64,000 nt of DNA from an uncultured Candidatus Nitrosoarchaeum sp. (GTDB taxonomy: Archaea; Thermoproteota; Nitrososphaeria; Nitrososphaerales; Nitrosopumilaceae). Under the pieces are notes generated by a model. It made no database searches, was not told the origin of the DNA, and worked only from the letters and a program-made list of their open reading frames with translations. A program made the position numbers and the translations under genes. This document shows positions 57,518 through 64,000 of this stretch, one piece after another; positions within the stretch are counted from its first letter, which is position 1, and each line of letters starts with the position of its first letter. The stretch is from assembly GCA_938049695.1 (NCBI GenBank), contig CALKVM010000002.1:3516-67515 (forward strand). Reading direction: 5' to 3'.

Positions 57518-58816
57518 TTATACCACAATAATTTTTCGCTTGACAAGATTTTCAATCATCTTTAGAAAATCATCATCTGAAATTTTATCTTCGGACCACC
57601 AACCTGCTGTTGTTTTGATCCATGATGGTAATTTCCAATTTGATTGAGCAGTTATTTCTTTTGATGTTACTACTACAATTCCTTTTTTAAACAAAAAGTC
57701 AATTCCTTCAAGAAATTCTGAGTCAGATATTTGATCTGTAGACCACCAATTTGCGTTTGTTTTTACCCATTGCGGAATTTTAGAGGTTTCAGGAGGCAAC
57801 CCTTTTTCAAAACCAGTAATCTTTAGAATTCCTTGTGACGTTGGCCCTACAGTAAATGCAACATGCCAAAACCCGATATCATCTATACTTTGAATAAATT
57901 TTACAGGTTTATCATTTAGAGTGACATTGAATTTTTCTTTATCTGAAATTTGTGGAAATTCAAAGTTTGCATAGGTCTCAAGTGGGTAACTATTGTATCC
58001 GCGTATTGTAAGAGTTGTTCCTTCTTCATTGAATTTAGCAGCAGAATACCACGCACCTGAATCATATCTAAAATCAAAATTACCTCCATTTTTCTTTGCA
58101 GTAATTGGAACAACAGTAGTATCCAAAGGAGCAAAACAGCTATAGTAAAAAACATCATCAGTTATTGAAGGATCAGGATACATTGAAAATTCTAGAATTT
58201 CACCAGGCTCTATTTTGTCAATATATTCAATATTGTGAACAATATCGAGTACTTTTTCATGACCATGAGCTATTGCAAGAATTTTTGGGTTGAAGATGGT
58301 TTGATTTCCATTATTATGAATTCTTCCTGTAACATGACCGTCATCATGTTTGACTAATGTTTTATCATAAAGAATCTCAATTGATATTGGATCTTTTTGT
58401 GTTTTTACAAATTTGAGTTCAGCTGTAAGTAAGATAGGAGTATCTCCTGTAACTTCAGGAAATTTTGTTTTAAATGGGATATCTGTGTTTGGTGGAATTG
58501 GAACATGATATACTGTCTTGGTAAATGTATTGTCTCCATCAATTACAGAAACTAAAATGGTTGGAATTACAGCATAGTCATTTTGGTTTTTTACATTGCC
58601 TCCAACTGTATATACGCCTTCATAATCAAAATATCCAATATATTGTTCTGGTGGTATCAAAACCTCGGCAAATGTAAATTGAGAAATAAGTAATGATGTA
58701 AACATGAATCCAATTAGAATAAATACTATTTTTGATTGTAATAGACTAGAAAGCGTTGATAATATCTTCGAATCCAGATGTGGGTTTTTCAAGTAAGCTT
58801 GGTCGATAGTCTTCAA
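57518..58816 (-). CDS. Exported protein with two Ig-like modules and a C-terminal IPxW(I/V)K repeat domain (start uncertain, about 58705-58741)
   Basis: V.G.V.N modules; IPQWVKTNANWW and LPSWIKTTAGWW repeats. Confidence 0.8.
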   Translation of the reverse strand: MKTIDQAYLKNPHLDSKILSTLSSLLQSKIVFILIGFMFTSLLISQFTFAEVLIPPEQYIGYFDYEGVYTVGGNVKNQNDYAVIPTILVSVIDGDNTFTKTVYHVPIPPNTDIPFKTKFPEVTGDTPILLTAELKFVKTQKDPISIEILYDKTLVKHDDGHVTGRIHNNGNQTIFNPKILAIAHGHEKVLDIVHNIEYIDKIEPGEILEFSMYPDPSITDDVFYYSCFAPLDTTVVPITAKKNGGNFDFRYDSGAWYSAAKFNEEGTTLTIRGYNSYPLETYANFEFPQISDKEKFNVTLNDKPVKFIQSIDDIGFWHVAFTVGPTSQGILKITGFEKGLPPETSKIPQWVKTNANWWSTDQISDSEFLEGIDFLFKKGIVVVTSKEITAQSNWKLPSWIKTTAGWWSEDKISDDDFLKMIENLVKRKIIVV

Positions 58817-59246
58817 TTAATTGATCTATTACCTTTCTTGTTTTAATATAATATCTCTTTCTTAGATTTTCAAGTCTTACTTCAACTTGTTCATCTTGGA
58901 CTAGTTGTGATAGATATAGAGAAACTGTGGAAGGTGATTTTCCTACCACGTCAACTAGTTCACTAAACTCTAGTCCGTCTTGTTTTATGAGAGCTAATAA
59001 CAGATCTCTTGGGGTTTGTCTACGTAATGCTTTGATAGTTTTTGATTCATCTTCGGTAATTCCTGGTGGATAAAATCTGGATTGTCTTGGACCACGCACT
59101 ACTTTGATTATACCATGTTTTTCTAATTTACCAAGATAGTGACTAAGAACACCATTTTTTAATCCAGAAGAACGCATTATTTCTCTGAATTGAATTCCTG
59201 GATTCTGATCTATGATTTGCTGTAATTGTGTATTTCTATCAGTCAT
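58746..59246 (-). CDS. Double winged-helix transcription regulator (COG3398-like), paralog of 55501..56067
   Basis: NPGI.FRE......LKNGVLSHYL.KLE and KSPSTVS.YLS.L. Confidence 0.87.
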   Translation of the reverse strand: MTDRNTQLQQIIDQNPGIQFREIMRSSGLKNGVLSHYLGKLEKHGIIKVVRGPRQSRFYPPGITEDESKTIKALRRQTPRDLLLALIKQDGLEFSELVDVVGKSPSTVSLYLSQLVQDEQVEVRLENLRKRYYIKTRKVIDQLIEDYRPSLLEKPTSGFEDIINAF

Positions 59247-59631
59247 TTCTAAACACTCCCAATGCTAACAATCCCAGTGTACTAAATGTCAATAAATGTC
59301 CTATCTCTAATAGAGACATATAACCTAAATCATAAAGTGTAGGCCATGTGGCATCAATTACTAAAACTGATTCAGCTACAATAAAAGTTACAAAAGCAAG
59401 TGTACTAAGTAAAAGTCTTTTTGTTTTTAATTTAGAATATGCCAATATTGCAAGAATTGTAATGAATACTGCAAGTGTAATTCCAGCAATATGCAAAAAG
59501 ATGTGTGCTAAATGAAACCCATGTAAGAGATGAGGCATTATTACGGGAATTGCCAATATTGCCACTACACCTATAACTACAACAGAGAATAACGTTGACT
59601 TACGTTCAATAAGACTCCGAGGTCTAAACAA
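59239..59631 (-). CDS. His-rich 4-TM membrane protein coupled to the wHTH gene
   Basis: Four hydrophobic segments; PHLLHGFHLAHIFLH; stop overlaps the wHTH ATG (ATGACTGA). Confidence 0.8.
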   Translation of the reverse strand: MFRPRSLIERKSTLFSVVVIGVVAILAIPVIMPHLLHGFHLAHIFLHIAGITLAVFITILAILAYSKLKTKRLLLSTLAFVTFIVAESVLVIDATWPTLYDLGYMSLLEIGHLLTFSTLGLLALGVFRND

Positions 59632-59694
59632 ATCACAGAAAATGTTGTTTTTACAGATTTAAACAGACTGGTTCATACTTCGAATTAGATGCGA

Positions 59695-61260
59695 TCAGAT
59701 ATGAAGAATTTTATTTTGTATTAAATATCGTATTCCCTGAACAAAAGTTTCATCGTCAATTTGTCCATTTGACCACCACTTTGCATTGTTTTTAATCCAA
59801 GATGGAATTTCATTTGTTTCGGTGCCTGTACCTTGAGAAGTTGGAGGAATATTCATTATTTTCTCTTTTATCAAATATTGAATTCCTTTAACAAATGAAC
59901 TATCATCAATCTGTCCATCTGACCACCAAGCTGCATTGGTTCGTATCCATTTAGGTATTGAAATACCATTATTTTCATGTGATATGGGATTAATTATAAT
60001 TGGAATAGATGTTTTTGCAAGATCATTATCTCCAAGATTTAGAAAATTCAGATGTACAATTCCAGTTAGATCATCAGGTATTGTAAATTCTGCTGTGTTA
60101 TGTTTTTCTTTAGAATCACTACTAATTCCACTTTGTTTGAAAATTATTTTATCATTTTGAGTAATTGAAAAATCATAATTTACTGCTATGGGTCTATTTT
60201 TTAGAAAAATATCAGTAACATCAAAATAGATTGTTGCTTTGGAATTTGATTGTAAATTTTTTGGTTCCCAAGATGTAATAATTCGAAATTGTCCATTTTC
60301 AGTTACTGAACTTAATTGAATATCATCTGAATTTGGTTTGATAAGAAAATTCATTCCATTTAGGTTTGAATTATGTTTGTAAATATTCCATAATTCTTTT
60401 TGACTAATAATAAAATGAACTACTCTTCCATCAGAAAAAAAATCATCGATTGTTACAATATCGTCAGATAATTTGATTTCGTTTACATACACAGAAAATC
60501 CAGATACCAGTAGATCTCCAAATGTTTTTGGAATTATTAATTCTTCATGGATTACAGAAGTTTGATTAATGTTATTAGCACTCCATTCAAAAGGCATGGA
60601 AAAAGTGATTTCTTTGGATTCAATATCATAGTGAAAATTCTTTATTTCGTCATAGTATGTAACAACATTAATTATTTGTGGGCCAAAAACAGAATGATTA
60701 ATTTCATGTTTAGATGTTTGTGCAATTGAAATTCCGGCATCGAAAGTCAGTGGCACATCTAATTTCTTTGAATAACCATCGGCTGTAAGAATACGAATAT
60801 CAAACTTGTATAGTCCACCCTCACTTAGTTTTGGACCCTTTACATTGACCATTCTATTTTCTAATCCAAGTAATGAACCAAAGAAATCTTTCTTGTTCTC
60901 TTCTTGAACTTGAATTGTGTCAGTATTTTCGGATATGAAATTAAAAACTATAATTCCATTATGACTTTGAAATTCTTTTTCAAAAAGAAATTGTTCGCCA
61001 CGACTAGATTTTATCAAAAATGTGACATCTCTAAGTGTAATTTTTGAATTAAAATCAATTAGTGAAATTGATATTTGCTGATCATCATTTTTATCTGGAT
61101 TATTTGGAGATGATGAAACTTCTAGACTTACTTGTTTTCCATACAGATCAACCGGTGGAAATATTTCACTTCCTACACCATGACCATAAACATCTACAAG
61201 TGTTAAAGAAGAAATAGAAATTAAAAACAAAATAAGCAAATGTAATATTTTTCCTTGCAA
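59695..61260 (-). CDS. Surface protein of the VYG|HG family with C-terminal IPxWI repeats
   Basis: Signal peptide; GGLY.F, TYYD, FSMPF.W and HEE motifs; IPKWIRTNAAWW and IPSWIKNNAKWW. Confidence 0.85.
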   Translation of the reverse strand: MQGKILHLLILFLISISSLTLVDVYGHGVGSEIFPPVDLYGKQVSLEVSSSPNNPDKNDDQQISISLIDFNSKITLRDVTFLIKSSRGEQFLFEKEFQSHNGIIVFNFISENTDTIQVQEENKKDFFGSLLGLENRMVNVKGPKLSEGGLYKFDIRILTADGYSKKLDVPLTFDAGISIAQTSKHEINHSVFGPQIINVVTYYDEIKNFHYDIESKEITFSMPFEWSANNINQTSVIHEELIIPKTFGDLLVSGFSVYVNEIKLSDDIVTIDDFFSDGRVVHFIISQKELWNIYKHNSNLNGMNFLIKPNSDDIQLSSVTENGQFRIITSWEPKNLQSNSKATIYFDVTDIFLKNRPIAVNYDFSITQNDKIIFKQSGISSDSKEKHNTAEFTIPDDLTGIVHLNFLNLGDNDLAKTSIPIIINPISHENNGISIPKWIRTNAAWWSDGQIDDSSFVKGIQYLIKEKIMNIPPTSQGTGTETNEIPSWIKNNAKWWSNGQIDDETFVQGIRYLIQNKILHI

Positions 61261-61352
61261 GTCTTCTTTTATTTCCTGATTGTCTATTTAAAAATCTAGA
61301 TTAAGTTATTCTCAAATATTCTTTATTTGAATCAAAATAAATTATTATGGAT

Positions 61353-61946
61353 TTATTGGTGTTCTGAATGAACTGTTGGATTGGCAGAAACACCAAGATG
61401 TGCGTGCATTGATTCATAGTCGTATACAATTCCCATGCCAGTAAGTTTTACAGTAACTGTTGTTTTATCTTTCCAACCGCTTGGAATATCTGTACTTCCA
61501 TACAAGTAATTATTTCCAACAAATATTGTAGTACTCTGATCAATTCCATTTTTTGCTGAACTAATTTCTGTTAATGTAACTTCTAGAGTTGTATTATCGA
61601 CAGGATGAACATGTGTTATTTTTACACCTGGAACAGAGCTCATTGTTTGATAGTGAGGTTCACAGTAAGCTGGAGCCATCATTGAATCTTGATGACATAA
61701 CTGGTGAATAGTTCCTGGAGCATAGAATTGTCCATGACGACTTTGTCCGCCACCTGGACTAGACATGCCACCCATGCCAGACATTCCGCTCATGCCACCC
61801 ATGCCAGACATTCCGCTCATGCCACCCATGCCAGACATCATTGTCTGCATGTGATTCATCTGTATCACATTACCTCCATAAGCACCAGCTAGAATACCAA
61901 CACTAAATGTGGCTGCAATTATAGCAATCAGTATGTATCGATTCAT
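61353..61946 (-). CDS. Exported Met/Gly-repeat, His-containing protein (putative Cu(I) binder)
   Basis: Signal/TM; (MSGMGGMSG)n; CH...C.PH. Confidence 0.75.
   Translation of the reverse strand: MNRYILIAIIAATFSVGILAGAYGGNVIQMNHMQTMMSGMGGMSGMSGMGGMSGMSGMGGMSSPGGGQSRHGQFYAPGTIHQLCHQDSMMAPAYCEPHYQTMSSVPGVKITHVHPVDNTTLEVTLTEISSAKNGIDQSTTIFVGNNYLYGSTDIPSGWKDKTTVTVKLTGMGIVYDYESMHAHLGVSANPTVHSEHQ
61764..61838. repeat. 27-bp tandem repeat, about 2.8 copies
   Basis: CATGCCACCCATGCCAGACATTCCGCT at 61764 and 61791, partial copy at 61818; encodes the Met/Gly tract. Confidence 0.95.
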
Positions 61947-62015
61947 TACTGAAGATTTTTTCGAAATTTTATGTATATGTTCATAGGAAGATTCTCAAAA
62001 GTGATAAAGATGTAA

Positions 62016-62222
62016 TCAAGTCCATTTGGTTGGATCTTTTTTCCAAATTTGTTTGCCATCAACAGTTACTTGATCTTTTTCTTCAAAGACAGTATGCCAT
62101 TTTCCATTATGAGGAAAAATTTTATTCATTTCTTCTACTTTTTTGTTAGTTGGTGCTTTATTCATTAAAGCTCCCCATCTCATGTTAGGTACCTTGGGAA
62201 GAATATCATTAATGTCCTTCAT
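62016..62222 (-). CDS. Small hypothetical protein
   Basis: 68-aa ORF with ATG start and Trp-rich motifs. Confidence 0.75.
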   Translation of the reverse strand: MKDINDILPKVPNMRWGALMNKAPTNKKVEEMNKIFPHNGKWHTVFEEKDQVTVDGKQIWKKDPTKWT

Positions 62223-62244
62223 ATTTCATCATAAATTACTAAAA

Positions 62245-63729
62245 TTATTGTTCAATTCTCATTATTCCCTCTTTGATCAAATATTGTATTCCTTGAACAA
62301 AAGAGTTATCGTCAATTGAGCCATCTGCCCACCACCCAGCATTGTTTTTAATCCAGGGTGGGATTTGGTTACTTCCTGATCCTGAACCTATATCAAATGA
62401 TGTGCTAGATATTCCAGAGAATGTTTGTAAATTATCTAATCCATGACTGAAAATTGCCAATGTCATTTTGTATTTACCTGCAGATTTGAAATTAAATTCT
62501 GGTTTGTCAATACCTTCTGTCAAAAGTATACCAGGCGAATTAGGATCAGTATTTTTTGATTCATAGATTTTAGCTCCTGAAGAGTCTTCTATTCTGTAGC
62601 CATATGTTACCCATTTTAGTAATTTGTTATCTTTATCAAAAAAGGTTATTTCAAATGGTATTTTTTCATCTGAAGTTAATTTAGAATCATATTTTACTTT
62701 AGCAAATGCACCACTATCAAATTTCATATCAAATGAATTTTTTTCTGCCATCAAACCAGTATCTGGAGATAGACTAAATTCCATTGTTTTTGTTCCAGGT
62801 TTGTTAATTTTGGCTATATCCAAAATACTTTCTTTGCTTAACAAAAAGTGAAGAATTAACGTATTATCCATTGAATATGGATCAGCAATTAACATTCTAC
62901 CTGTAACAGGAAATCCATTTACAGCTGCTTTGTATGTTCCAGCTTGTGAAAATTCTTTAAATGAAGTTGGGAAATGAATTTCTTCATGAACAAAAATGTT
63001 TTGTGTTTCTAGTCTTGATGCATCCCAGTTAAATGGCATTGAAAATGAAACTAATTTTTTAGATTCATCATAGTTAAAATTATTTATTTTATCATAGTAT
63101 GATGTAACAGTTAAATCATAAGATTTGCCTCCAGTTGAAACTGTTTGATCAAAAATATCTCCAACACTAAGCCAAGAATCGAATCGTGGTGCTTCAGATT
63201 GAATAAAGATATTTTTGTCATGATCTATTCCAAAAATTTCTATTTCAAAGTGGTACAATCCTGCATCAAGTAAAATTGGGGCCTTTACAGTGATTTTATC
63301 ATTTATTGAAGTCCATCCTCCTTGAAATGGTTCTTCATCGCCATACACAATAACATCATTTACATCTAGATCTTCAGATTGAATTTTAATGGTTAAATTA
63401 CCAGAATGTGTATGAAACAAATCTCTCATCAAAAGTTTTCCGTCTTTGTCAACCGTCACAAAAAATGATGTGTGTTTGATTGTTTCTCCTGTTTTGGCAT
63501 CAAAAAGACGTAATTCTAAAAATTTATCACCAACTGTATCTTTGGTAAGAATTGGTGGGCTGATTTTGATAAACAAGCTAGCATCTCTATCACCTACACT
63601 TGCCGGAGGAAGATTTTCTTGTGTAAATCCATCGCCATAAACATATGAAGGAATCTGGGAAATTATCAACAGAGATATAGAAAAAATCAGAACAGTTGAA
63701 TTATTCATAATATTATCTAATTTGGACAT
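62245..63729 (-). CDS. Surface protein of the same family (VYG|DG) with one C-terminal IPPWIK domain
   Basis: GLY.FEIE, SYYD, FSMPFNW and VHEE motifs; IPPWIKNNAGWW. Confidence 0.85.
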   Translation of the reverse strand: MSKLDNIMNNSTVLIFSISLLIISQIPSYVYGDGFTQENLPPASVGDRDASLFIKISPPILTKDTVGDKFLELRLFDAKTGETIKHTSFFVTVDKDGKLLMRDLFHTHSGNLTIKIQSEDLDVNDVIVYGDEEPFQGGWTSINDKITVKAPILLDAGLYHFEIEIFGIDHDKNIFIQSEAPRFDSWLSVGDIFDQTVSTGGKSYDLTVTSYYDKINNFNYDESKKLVSFSMPFNWDASRLETQNIFVHEEIHFPTSFKEFSQAGTYKAAVNGFPVTGRMLIADPYSMDNTLILHFLLSKESILDIAKINKPGTKTMEFSLSPDTGLMAEKNSFDMKFDSGAFAKVKYDSKLTSDEKIPFEITFFDKDNKLLKWVTYGYRIEDSSGAKIYESKNTDPNSPGILLTEGIDKPEFNFKSAGKYKMTLAIFSHGLDNLQTFSGISSTSFDIGSGSGSNQIPPWIKNNAGWWADGSIDDNSFVQGIQYLIKEGIMRIEQ

Positions 63730-63756
63730 GTATGACTTGACAATTTAAAAATATCT

Positions 63757-64000
63757 CTATTTTTCATTTTGTGGATAGACTTGTGGTTTGACTATACTTA
63801 GTGAAATTGCATGATCATCTATCATGGAACCAACTCCTACAGAGACATTTTTTATCCTAATCTCTATTTTATCAAATTCATTTTCAGAAATATCATATGT
63901 CGATGATAAAATTTCCTTTACTTTTATTTCCGTATCAGATATTACATTTAGTTTTGAATTCAGTGTAACATCTAATGTAGTTTTTATCATGTGTTTTGGA
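63757..64000 (-). CDS. 3' end of a CDS truncated by the window edge
   Basis: Frame stays open to the end of the window upstream of 63990. Confidence 0.55.
   Translation of the reverse strand, partial: PKHMIKTTLDVTLNSKLNVISDTEIKVKEILSSTYDISENEFDKIEIRIKNVSVGVGSMIDDHAISLSIVKPQVYPQNEK

Noticed and set aside
61704..61892. Antisense ORF with HATHARHSA repeats
   Set aside because: Mirror of the 27-bp Met/Gly repeat on the coding strand

Overview
AT-rich archaeal chromosomal window whose gene content and sequence style fit an ammonia-oxidising thaumarchaeon (Nitrosopumilaceae-like). This placement is inferred from PEFG-CTERM and IPxWIK surface proteins, the split A-type ATP synthase cluster with amt, egsA, aCPSF1 and the archaeal PoK/PPS CoA pathway. 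Positions 1-45.6 kb are mostly core genes: bluB, two tRNAs (one with a D-loop intron), rtcA, nadM, egsA, psmB, aCPSF1, sepF, the CoA operon, phoU, an ABC exporter, tmk/HD/pyrH, ATP synthase, amt and pyrBI. Positions 45.6-64 kb form a metal/copper cell-envelope region: a NikR-like regulator with a Znu-type ABC importer, a CopC-CopD-propeller fusion, a degenerate cupredoxin, exported DsrE and thioredoxin proteins, a Met-rich protein and paralogous surface proteins. The most notable unannotated structure lies there. A repeated palindrome, TGGTACATT-N5-AATGTACCA, sits just upstream of the TATA-like boxes of several units. It occurs near two double-wHTH regulators and a His-rich 4-TM protein, and two copies precede a duplicated non-coding hairpin element (candidate sRNA family). 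Five small ORFs below the ORF-track cutoff were also found, including a Cys/His-rich metallothionein-like peptide and a possible minimal ATP synthase stalk subunit. All calls are from reading motifs by eye; no database searches were run.
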